Below, piece by piece: positions 1 through 8,598 of a stretch of 32,000 nucleotides of DNA; the stretch's first letter is position 1; the number at the start of each line of letters is the position of its first letter. Below the pieces are notes generated by a model. The model did no database searches, was not told where the DNA came from, and worked only from the letters and a program-made list of their open reading frames with translations. A program made the position numbers and the translations under genes. Source of the DNA: Candidatus Harpocratesius repetitus (GTDB taxonomy: Archaea; Asgardarchaeota; Lokiarchaeia; Sigyniarchaeales; Promethearchaeaceae); the NCBI GenBank assembly GCA_021498095.1, contig JAIZWK010000001.1, forward strand, positions 2,010,001 through 2,042,000, read 5' to 3'.

Positions 1-257
1 TAGCATTAGATCCACCCATTATTTTAGCAGATGAACCTACAGCAAATTTAGATAAAACTAATGCTGAGTTTATTGGAAGACTTTTTGAGACATTAAGAAA
101 ACAAGGAAAAACCATAATCGTTGCCACTCATGATGAGAAATTGATCAAACATGCACATCGAATTTTAGAAATGGCAGAAGGAAAATTTCTTAAAGATGAA
201 GTAATTAGAGAAGTAACTTTTCAAAAAACAGATAAAGAATTAAATGAGGCGATATAG
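1..257 (+). CDS. ABC transporter ATP-binding protein (LolD/MacB-like), 3' end only (5' truncated by window)
   Basis: Frame 3 reads ALDPPIILADEPTANLDKTNAEFIGRLFETLRKQGKTIIVATHDEKLIKHAHRILEMAEG...EAI*: Walker B/D-loop (ILADEPTANLD) and H-switch (ATHD). The TAG at 255-257 overlaps the GTG start of the permease. Confidence 0.93.
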   Translation, partial: ALDPPIILADEPTANLDKTNAEFIGRLFETLRKQGKTIIVATHDEKLIKHAHRILEMAEGKFLKDEVIREVTFQKTDKELNEAI

Positions 258-2197
258 TGGGGTTTAGTTTTGCATTAAAAGATATATTTCGACATTCAGA
301 GCAGACTCGTGCTTATTTTCGAAATTCTATTTCAATTTTTACATTGTTTTTCGTATTTTGGAATGTGATAAGAGGATTTGGGTTCCTTTTTATGCCTAAT
401 TCCATTCAGATGCTAAATTATACAATATATGAAATAATAACTCAATTTTATTTCTTTCTTTTTATAATTACTTCAATTTTAGCGATTTCAATTATTCTCT
501 TAAATAATCATGCGATTATCCAAGATAGAAAGAAGGATATTGCAATTATGAAGGCAATAGGGACTTATCCTTCTCATTTATACAGTTTTTACCTTTCTGA
601 ATTGCTATTTTTAGTTATAATAAGTTTTCTTTTAGCATGGGTTTTTGCTTTCTTTATATATTTAGCGATTTACTTAATTTTAAGTCCTATTCTTTCTATC
701 GTTTCTTGGAATTCTGATCAAACATTTTCATTTTTATTTTTTGCAGGAATGCTCTTTGCTACTTTTATGGTAAATGGATGGGAAATTCGAAAAATTGGAA
801 GGATTACATATAGTGAAGCAAAAAGTGGAATAATCAAAGCAGAAACAAACTGGAAGATTCAACCTGCAATACGGAAATGGCTGGCAAAACGATCATCTTC
901 TATAAATTTGGCAGTAAGAAATGTACTACGAAAAAAATACAAAGTTCGCCAAACACTATGGCTAATATCCATTGCAAATTTGATTGTATTCTCAAGTTTA
1001 TTTGGATTAGTCATTATTAATTCGACTGGACAAAACTATATTGCAAAAGCGCAGAGTGATTATGTTGTTGCGATAGGAGAGAATACTTTATTAAAGACAT
1101 ATGCAGATGGATATTCCAGTTTTACGAATTCAGATGTTTCACCTTTATTGGAAAAAGATTTTCTTGATATTAATTCGAATCTAACAGATTTTTCATCAGA
1201 TTTAAGTAATTATTTAGATCATTATGATATAAATGGTTTTGATGCCCGACTTTTTACAGTTCAAACTATTACTGAAGATCCTGGTGTTGTTTTACAAACT
1301 TATGTAAATCTTTCAACAGGAATTGAGTATCAAGAATATGTTCTTATTGGAGGTAAAGATTCCCGAACAATCCCAATACAAGGTGTCATCTTTAACCAAA
1401 CTTTTCAAGATTGGTATTATGAAGGAGCGTTGCTTAATTATCAGTATGGGGTGGCAATAGGTGATACATTAGCAGGTGAAATCTATGAAAATCCATATGT
1501 ACAATGGTTGATATATTCTAGTCTTGATACAAATCGGACTTATCGACTTAAAGTAAATGCAGTAGTGTTTGATACATTCAATCATGGAAACTCTGCCTAC
1601 CTTTATTTGAATACTCTCCAAGAAACCTTGAAACGACCAAATTATATCAATTTAATTCTAATTGATTATAGTTCTCTCATGTTTTCAGCAGAAAATAATA
1701 TTCAAAATTCCTTTTTAGAAGGATTGGACACTCTTGTGAAGGCAAAAATGGGGAGTAATTTTGGAATTGTTGATTTAAGTTCTATATTTTCAAAGAATTT
1801 GAAATCTCTTCAAATTAACACTCTATCGTTATTAAGCTTGATCGCTTTAATGAGTATAGTTGTCAGTTATAATTTATACAATTTTGAACGAGGTCGAATA
1901 CATGAAGATAAAAAGGATTATGCGATTCTTTTATCCTTAGGGGCACGATTCAAGACACTTCATAAAACAATTTTCTTTGAATTACTCTTTTTTAGTGGAA
2001 TAGGAGTTATTCTTGGGTTCATTGGTTCTATGTTTTTCACTTTATTATTTTTAATGCAAAATGCAATTCGTCCGAGTATTTTGTTCCCACTAAGTATCCT
2101 TTTTGGAATGTTGATAATATATATTGGATTGGCTATGGGGATTTCTAGAATGTTTCAATTTAAGAAATATATTGATTATTTATCTATTTCTACGTAA
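257..2197 (+). CDS. ABC transporter permease, FtsX/MacB family, two FtsX-type membrane modules
   Basis: Two motifs typical of FtsX permeases (RKKDIAIMKAIG...FYLSELL and DKKDYAILLSLGA...IFFELL), multiple TM helices and a large extracellular loop. Translationally coupled to the upstream ABC ATPase. Confidence 0.88.
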   Translation: MGFSFALKDIFRHSEQTRAYFRNSISIFTLFFVFWNVIRGFGFLFMPNSIQMLNYTIYEIITQFYFFLFIITSILAISIILLNNHAIIQDRKKDIAIMKAIGTYPSHLYSFYLSELLFLVIISFLLAWVFAFFIYLAIYLILSPILSIVSWNSDQTFSFLFFAGMLFATFMVNGWEIRKIGRITYSEAKSGIIKAETNWKIQPAIRKWLAKRSSSINLAVRNVLRKKYKVRQTLWLISIANLIVFSSLFGLVIINSTGQNYIAKAQSDYVVAIGENTLLKTYADGYSSFTNSDVSPLLEKDFLDINSNLTDFSSDLSNYLDHYDINGFDARLFTVQTITEDPGVVLQTYVNLSTGIEYQEYVLIGGKDSRTIPIQGVIFNQTFQDWYYEGALLNYQYGVAIGDTLAGEIYENPYVQWLIYSSLDTNRTYRLKVNAVVFDTFNHGNSAYLYLNTLQETLKRPNYINLILIDYSSLMFSAENNIQNSFLEGLDTLVKAKMGSNFGIVDLSSIFSKNLKSLQINTLSLLSLIALMSIVVSYNLYNFERGRIHEDKKDYAILLSLGARFKTLHKTIFFELLFFSGIGVILGFIGSMFFTLLFLMQNAIRPSILFPLSILFGMLIIYIGLAMGISRMFQFKKYIDYLSIST

Positions 2198-2253
2198 GGA
2201 TCAAGAGATCTTATTTAAATACATTTTTTCACTTTATTTTTTTGTTCTATTCC

Positions 2254-5211
2254 TTATTTTCCTTTATTTTTACGTGGACCGATTAATAAATTAATTATTT
2301 TTGGGATTTCTTTAATTCTTAACATAGTTTGAGCTGGGATTGCAATGGATTTTCCGATTTTTTGAATTGCTAATAAACTATATATTATTCGTTCCAAGTA
2401 GTCTATTAAGTCTCCAGGAAAGATTTTAATTTCAAATTCTTCCTTAAATGTTTCAATAATCTCAGAAATAGTCAACCCACTTAAACGATAATCGAAAATA
2501 AATCCTTCTACGTTTTTTCGTCCACAATCACAATATGGAGAATCTTCACAAGTACAATTAAATATATCTTCTACCCATCGTAAAATCACTTCATAAACTC
2601 TACGATTTATATGAGTTCTATGCTTTTTTCCCATATAATCTGCATGAATCATGGATAATACTGAATTTGAAAAGAGATTATTTGATCTGGATTGACGTTC
2701 ACTTTTAAGACTTAACTCTGCCAACATCCGATTGGTAACGTATACATTCATAAACGAATTCAAATTTTGAGCCAAACGAAGCATGTCCGCTGGTGGGTTT
2801 TCTTCTGTAATCTGATGGATGAGTTCATTTCGAATTTCAATTGCTTGTTTTAAAGACAGGTAGGATTCTGCTACCGCTTTTCCAAATCTTGTAGTTCTAA
2901 ATTCGGTATTATTATAAACTGGTTTTATCATTTTTTCTTGGTATAGATATTTTACTGCCGACTTTAGATGAAATTCGCCATTAAAAAGTAAGGAGTGAAA
3001 AAATCTAAGATTGTTTTTGCTGATTCCTCGTTCAGGTCGACGATCATAACTATACATGCTGATAATTGCCAAAATCTCGGAATATTGCTTATCATCATTA
3101 GGTGCCAATTGCAGTGGTTCAATTTCTCCTTTTAGTAATCGAATTGCTAGTTGTTCTTCTGTTTCCATATATGATGCCATAAAAGATTTTCCCGGGGTGA
3201 TTAACAAATAGACCTTTCCAAGATCGTGCTTTTTTAATCTTCCTGCTCTCCCACTCATTTGCTCAAAGTCTGCGACAGTTAAAGGTTGAATTCCCATAGT
3301 AAGATTGTAGAAAATTACTAAACTTGCTGGAAAATCTACACCTGCTGCTAAAGCTGCAGTCGTAACCACACAAGCAATTTTTTGCAGTTCAAAGCTTTTT
3401 TCAATGAATTTTCGCTTTCCATAATCCAATCCACCATGATATGCATATGCTTTAATATTGTTTTTTCTCAGCTGCTCTGCTAATTTTTCAGTATTTTTTC
3501 TTGAATTTGTAAATACAATTGTTTGACCCTTATATCCAAAACTGGAACGTTTCCTGTATTCTTCTCGAACTAATCGACGCATATGCTTAAATTTTGTTGC
3601 TTCATCCATGCACATAACAATATGTCGCTCTATGGGAACTGGACGATCCTTATAATGAATTAAGGTGGCACGTAGGTGATTTGCTAGTTTTTCTGGGTCC
3701 GATATTGTTGCACTTAAGTATAACATTTGAGCTTTAGGCAAATGAAGTCGCAATCGAGCAATTAATCCATCTAATATAAATCCCCGCTCCGGATCAGCTA
3801 ACATTTGAATTTCATCTACCACAACCGTACGAAAATCGCGAAGTAAAAATGGGTGTCCACTTCGTAAGAGAATATCTATTGCTTCATACGTGGCAATAAC
3901 CACGTCAGCTTTTGTTAACGACCCGAAATCTTCTTTGATTCCCTCTTTACGGGAAATGTGAGATATCCCTATTTTTAAAGCTGATTTTACCCCGAACTTT
4001 TCTAACTCTTTATATTCTTGGAATCTCATGTTGGCTAAAGCAACAATCGGAACTAAATATAACATTTTTTTGCTTGACTTGATAGATTTCATTCGTTTGA
4101 GAAATTTTTGCTGCTCTGCAGAAAATTGGATCGCTTCTGGCTTTATATTTTTTATTTTTTCTTGAAGTGGAAATGGCGAAATCAAATTTTGATTTTTAAT
4201 TAAAATTTCAATTTTATTCTCTATTATTTTACCAATCCCTGTCATTTCTCCAATCATTGTCTTTCCTGAAGATGTGGATGATACAATTAATTCATCTTGA
4301 TTATGGAGCAATCCATGTTCTAAAGCCATGATTTGAGCAGGAAGTAGTTCAACTCGTTTTTTTTGTGAATAATAAATCTGTAAAGGATATGGAATGGGAA
4401 AATCCCAAATTGTCTGTCGCTTTTCTTCAGTTGATTTGATTTTTTTCTTTTTAATATTAACTAGAGTGGCTTCTCTATGGGCTAAAATATCAAAATTAGG
4501 GCTAAATATATTCAAAACTTTAACTACATCATTATAACGTTTCAACATTTGTCGCAAATATGATTTAAATGCAGAAGATATCTCAATTCTGGTTTTTAAA
4601 CTGTTTATTATTTCATTACCTGCACATTTTCGACAGACAAAGAAGGCTTGATTTTTATAGCGATTAAATTCATCAATTAAGGTATATCGTTTTTCTTGCT
4701 TGCAAGAATGACAAAAAAGGTAATTTCTAATATTGGTATACTGCAAATTCTCTAAATATTTGTAGATAGGTTGTAAAGATTTAAGATAATCATCCATTTG
4801 TTCTTTTTGCACTTCATGTGCTTCAGTTTCAACGACTTGATAATTTTCAAATTGATGACCTTGTGGACGATTCAAATGGTTGCCGACAATACAAAATTTT
4901 GCATTGAGAATAAAATTGCGAAACTCTGTAGGATCTATTACTCTTAAAGCATTTTCAGGCACTGTTGCTTTTAAATTTCTTTTCCAGAATTTGAATGGGA
5001 CAAATGAACCATTTTCAGTTTCAATATCAAATAACACTAAACCTGTAAAAAAAGGGCGTTCACGGTATCTTAATTCATGATAAAAGGGATCATCTTTAAT
5101 TATTTCAAAACAAACTACATCAAAATATTTTTTTCGAGGATGCTCGTTATCTTTATCAAGAATAATAAAATATTTTTTTTTTTGCAATATTCCAGAAATA
5201 CTGGGAGCCAT
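2254..5211 (-). CDS. Archaeal superfamily II DEAD/DEAH-box helicase (COG1202 / DUF5814-type) with N- and C-terminal Cys clusters
   Basis: Walker A SSTSSGKT, VVVDEIQ (DExx), YLSAT (motif III), TAALAAGVDFPA (V), QMSGRAGR (VI). C-terminal CTCEDSPYCDCG and N-terminal CHSC...CRKC. Confidence 0.92.
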   Translation of the reverse strand: MAPSISGILQKKKYFIILDKDNEHPRKKYFDVVCFEIIKDDPFYHELRYRERPFFTGLVLFDIETENGSFVPFKFWKRNLKATVPENALRVIDPTEFRNFILNAKFCIVGNHLNRPQGHQFENYQVVETEAHEVQKEQMDDYLKSLQPIYKYLENLQYTNIRNYLFCHSCKQEKRYTLIDEFNRYKNQAFFVCRKCAGNEIINSLKTRIEISSAFKSYLRQMLKRYNDVVKVLNIFSPNFDILAHREATLVNIKKKKIKSTEEKRQTIWDFPIPYPLQIYYSQKKRVELLPAQIMALEHGLLHNQDELIVSSTSSGKTMIGEMTGIGKIIENKIEILIKNQNLISPFPLQEKIKNIKPEAIQFSAEQQKFLKRMKSIKSSKKMLYLVPIVALANMRFQEYKELEKFGVKSALKIGISHISRKEGIKEDFGSLTKADVVIATYEAIDILLRSGHPFLLRDFRTVVVDEIQMLADPERGFILDGLIARLRLHLPKAQMLYLSATISDPEKLANHLRATLIHYKDRPVPIERHIVMCMDEATKFKHMRRLVREEYRKRSSFGYKGQTIVFTNSRKNTEKLAEQLRKNNIKAYAYHGGLDYGKRKFIEKSFELQKIACVVTTAALAAGVDFPASLVIFYNLTMGIQPLTVADFEQMSGRAGRLKKHDLGKVYLLITPGKSFMASYMETEEQLAIRLLKGEIEPLQLAPNDDKQYSEILAIISMYSYDRRPERGISKNNLRFFHSLLFNGEFHLKSAVKYLYQEKMIKPVYNNTEFRTTRFGKAVAESYLSLKQAIEIRNELIHQITEENPPADMLRLAQNLNSFMNVYVTNRMLAELSLKSERQSRSNNLFSNSVLSMIHADYMGKKHRTHINRRVYEVILRWVEDIFNCTCEDSPYCDCGRKNVEGFIFDYRLSGLTISEIIETFKEEFEIKIFPGDLIDYLERIIYSLLAIQKIGKSIAIPAQTMLRIKEIPKIINLLIGPRKNKGK

Positions 5212-5319
5212 ACTTATAGTAAATGAAAAGAATTGGCAATTTTTTTGTTTTTCTCTTTCTAAAGATCATTAAATAGAAAATAATATATTGATGTAACTTA
5301 ATTACAAGAAAAAAAGGAG

Positions 5320-5478
5320 TTAGAATCCAAATGCGGATTTGATGTTTGTGTAAATGTTGGAAATTTCCTGTAATTTTTGAGGATCATCCATAACGCTTTT
5401 GATCCAACCAGCTAATCCTTGATCTCCTTGCTTGACCCAATCTAAAAACATTTCTACTGTAGCTCGGTTATCTGACAT
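5320..5478 (-). CDS. Small hypothetical protein (52 aa), absent from the ORF track
   Basis: ATG at 5478, TAA at 5320-5322: MSDNRATVEMFLDWVKQGDQGLAGWIKSVMDDPQKLQEISNIYTNIKSAFGF. GC-richer than its flanks, protein-like composition, fills an otherwise empty intergenic gap. Confidence 0.7.
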   Translation of the reverse strand: MSDNRATVEMFLDWVKQGDQGLAGWIKSVMDDPQKLQEISNIYTNIKSAFGF

Positions 5479-5619
5479 TTTTTATCAATCCATTCTTTAT
5501 ACTTTGTTGATACTTATATTTTTGAAGTTAAAAATTTTCGCAATTTGAACATTGAAAGATTAAAACTTTTAAAGCTTTTCACTATAAGAACTTTTAAAGA
5601 TGAAAGCTTAATTAGATGT

Positions 5620-6687
5620 ATGGTTATAAGTATTAAATCTCCAAATTCTGACGATATATGGAATCGATGGAAACGTCAGAATGTTAAATCTCAAAATTTA
5701 GAAAAGCATTATAAAATTAAAGGTTCAATTTTTAATCTTGAAAATATTACTGCTGCAGAATATGTTAAGAGCGTAGAAAAGGGAGCAATAATTTTCTACA
5801 CTAAAAAAGAAACTTCAAAACCAGAAGATGTAAAACCAAAAATCAAATATATTTCACCAAAAAAAATAAACAAAGAAAAATATTATGAATTTCGTCAATC
5901 GCCTTCAAAAAGTGATTGGAAGGATGATTTTGCTGTTCCTTTTTATTCTTCCTTGAAACCCGTGTCTTGTTCAAAATGTAAAGGAAAAGGAACCGTAACT
6001 TGTAATAAATGTAAAGGTGAACGTTTTTCTGTCTGTCCTGATTGTGGTGGTAATGAGAAAAAATGTAAACAGTGCTCAGGTACAGGAAAATTAACTGAAA
6101 GTATCACAATTGTGAATGAGAAAGGAGAAAAAATAAAAAAAGAAATCTCATATCAATGTAATTCTTGTTTTGGGTCAGGTCATATTATTTGTTCAAAATG
6201 CGGTGGAAGAGGTAAAGTTCCATGTTCTTATTGTAATGCATCAGGTGTTTATCGTTGTGATGAATGTGATGGCTATGGAATTATTTATCAATATGAGATC
6301 CGACCTGTTCCTTTCAAACGCGAATCACGTTCTGAACCCATTTTATATAGTTCAATGAAATTATCTGGTTTGGAATCGATGATTGGTAAAGATATTCAGC
6401 AAGCTATTGATGAAGTTGAAGGAATTTTAATCTCTAAACCCGATAAACAATTAGATAAAAAATTCATTGAACCTTCATTAGGGTTTCTTTCAAAAGATAT
6501 TCAAAAAATTGCAAAATCTGCTAAGAAAGATTGGGAAAATGCTCAAAAGAATTCCGATCTGAGCATATCTTTACCAATTTATCTCTTTCCCGTATTGGTA
6601 CTTAAATGTGAAACCAAAAAGGGTCGGAAATTTCAAGTATATGCAATTGGTTCTGAAAAAAAATACCGCGTTTACGGTGAAATCTAA
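5620..6687 (+). CDS. DnaJ-type CxxCxGxG zinc-finger repeat protein without J-domain, SSUH2-like architecture
   Basis: Eight CxxCx(G)x(G)-type units (CSKCKGKG, CNKCKGER, CPDCGG, CKQCSGTG, CNSCFGSG, CSKCGGRG, CSYCNASG, CDECDGYG) and no HPD motif. ATG at 5620 is a more likely start than TTG at 5545. Confidence 0.8.
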   Translation: MVISIKSPNSDDIWNRWKRQNVKSQNLEKHYKIKGSIFNLENITAAEYVKSVEKGAIIFYTKKETSKPEDVKPKIKYISPKKINKEKYYEFRQSPSKSDWKDDFAVPFYSSLKPVSCSKCKGKGTVTCNKCKGERFSVCPDCGGNEKKCKQCSGTGKLTESITIVNEKGEKIKKEISYQCNSCFGSGHIICSKCGGRGKVPCSYCNASGVYRCDECDGYGIIYQYEIRPVPFKRESRSEPILYSSMKLSGLESMIGKDIQQAIDEVEGILISKPDKQLDKKFIEPSLGFLSKDIQKIAKSAKKDWENAQKNSDLSISLPIYLFPVLVLKCETKKGRKFQVYAIGSEKKYRVYGEI

Positions 6688-6746
6688 AAACTTTTGAAAT
6701 TTTTGATCCATGATTGATTTTTTTTTCAACTTATCGAGGCATTCAT

Positions 6747-8507
6747 ATGGTTCGATCTTCCTTATCAAAAAATTATGATCCGAAATCATTTTCCGCTAAA
6801 TTAATGATTTTAGGTCTTTCTACTTTGATGGGCGTTATTGGGGGCCTATTTGCGGCATTGCTTCGCTTTCTTATTGAATTTCTTGAAAGTTTTTTTAAAA
6901 ACATAATACTGCCTGTAATTAGTTGGAATGTAGGAAAATTCAATCTCAGTTATCTTTTCCTCCCAACCATCGGGGGTTTATTAGTTGGATTCATTATCTC
7001 AAAATTTTCTAAAGAATCAAAAGGATCTGGTATTCCTTATCTTTTAGAATCCGTTACATTCAAAAGCGCGCATATTTCTCCAACAATTGGTTTCTTTAAA
7101 ACTATTTGCACTTCCATAACAATTGGATCTGGTGGAAATGCTGGTAAAGAAGGTCCAATAGCATTAATAGCCGCCTCTTTTGGTTCGTTTTTTGGACAAA
7201 AGCTTAATCTCCGCGTTGAGGATAAACGCCTATTAATGACTTGTGGATTAGCTGCGGGTATTGCTGGATCATTTAAGGCACCAATTGGTGGTGCACTTTT
7301 TGGATTAGAAATTTTATATCAAGGGATTACCCTTTCAGCCAGCATTCCTGTTTTTTTAGCTAGTGTTGTTGGTGTTGTAATTACTGGTATTTTTTATGGA
7401 TTTGAACCGCATTTTGCAGTAAACTTTGAGATTTCGTCAATTCATGCTGTAGAATACCCCATTTTTATTCTCTTAGGTATATTTTCTGCAGGAATTTCTT
7501 TTTTTCATTTTATTAGCTATAGACAGATATCAAAATGGTTCCAAAAAATTCAAATACCGTTTGTATTCAAACCAGCGATTGGAGGTCTCATTGTTGGAAT
7601 AATTATTATGATCTTTCCTTCTTACGGGTTGTATGGGAGTGGTTTTAATGGGATGCAGATGGCTTTTGATATGAAGTTTACATTAAGTGCATTCTTTTTA
7701 TTAGGTTTCTTAAAAATTGTTGCTGCTTCAAGTACAATAGGATCGGGGGGAAGTGGTGGTGTTTTTGCTCCATTAATTTATATTGGATGTATGTTTGGAG
7801 GATTATTTGCTTTAATATTTCAATTATTATTTCCATTTTCAATTTCTAGTTCAACTTTATATTGTATTTTAGGTGCTGCGGCTGTTTTCTCGGCTTCTGC
7901 TCAAGCCCCTTTGAATATTTGTCTTATTATAGCAGAAATGACAGGGCATTTTGATGTTTTTCCTCCATTAATAATTGCTTCAATTAGTAGTTATTATACT
8001 GGGCGTTTATTTTTTAAAGGTGCTTCGATTTATACTCTGATATTAGGTAAAAAAGGTCGAGGTTTGAAGGCGGATACTCTCTTTTTATTGGGAAAGATGC
8101 AAGTTCATGAAATAATGTCTTCAAATTTGGTTACTATTGCACCAGATCTCCCAATTTTAGAGTTTTTGCATGTAAGTTCAACGCATAATAATTTAAACCA
8201 ATTTCCTGTAGTAAATTTTGGAAATTTGGAAGGAATTGCATTTATAGATGATGTATATCAAATTCCTTATGAGATGTGGAAAGATATTACTGTAAAAGAA
8301 ATTTTACGAAAAAAAAATGTTTATATCTCTGCAAATGCGACTCTGCAAGAAGCGATTGACAAAATGAACGAGTTTCATTTGGGTGCTTTACTAGTAATTG
8401 ATAATTTGCAACAATCTGAAGGAAATAAAGAGCTGCTCTTACAAGGAATAATAACATTAAATGATATTATTGCTACTTGGCGAACGAGTGAATTAGAAAA
8501 AGAATAA
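6747..8507 (+). CDS. ClC-family chloride channel / Cl-/H+ antiporter with C-terminal CBS pair
   Basis: GSGIP, GKEGP (gating Glu), GGVFAP motifs, IYT near the end of the membrane domain, and two CBS domains. Likely start is ATG 6747 (the ORF track begins at 6714). Confidence 0.95.
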   Translation: MVRSSLSKNYDPKSFSAKLMILGLSTLMGVIGGLFAALLRFLIEFLESFFKNIILPVISWNVGKFNLSYLFLPTIGGLLVGFIISKFSKESKGSGIPYLLESVTFKSAHISPTIGFFKTICTSITIGSGGNAGKEGPIALIAASFGSFFGQKLNLRVEDKRLLMTCGLAAGIAGSFKAPIGGALFGLEILYQGITLSASIPVFLASVVGVVITGIFYGFEPHFAVNFEISSIHAVEYPIFILLGIFSAGISFFHFISYRQISKWFQKIQIPFVFKPAIGGLIVGIIIMIFPSYGLYGSGFNGMQMAFDMKFTLSAFFLLGFLKIVAASSTIGSGGSGGVFAPLIYIGCMFGGLFALIFQLLFPFSISSSTLYCILGAAAVFSASAQAPLNICLIIAEMTGHFDVFPPLIIASISSYYTGRLFFKGASIYTLILGKKGRGLKADTLFLLGKMQVHEIMSSNLVTIAPDLPILEFLHVSSTHNNLNQFPVVNFGNLEGIAFIDDVYQIPYEMWKDITVKEILRKKNVYISANATLQEAIDKMNEFHLGALLVIDNLQQSEGNKELLLQGIITLNDIIATWRTSELEKE

Positions 8508-8598
8508 AAATGAAATTTTTAAAAAGCAAAAAAAAGAATTTCTCTTTCGAGAAAATTCTGAAATAATTCGTTTATCCACTTAATCAAAATGAATAAGC

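Noticed and set aside
4880-5080. Short ORF-track ORFs overlapping long genes (4880, 6170, 6571, 10893, 11655, 13686, 14338, 14909, 15387, 15406, 15782, 16849, 18470, 20588, 21187, 22750, 22967, 24360, 25671, 28431, 31344)
   Set aside because: They are antisense or alternate-frame shadows of well-supported genes, with no recognisable motifs.
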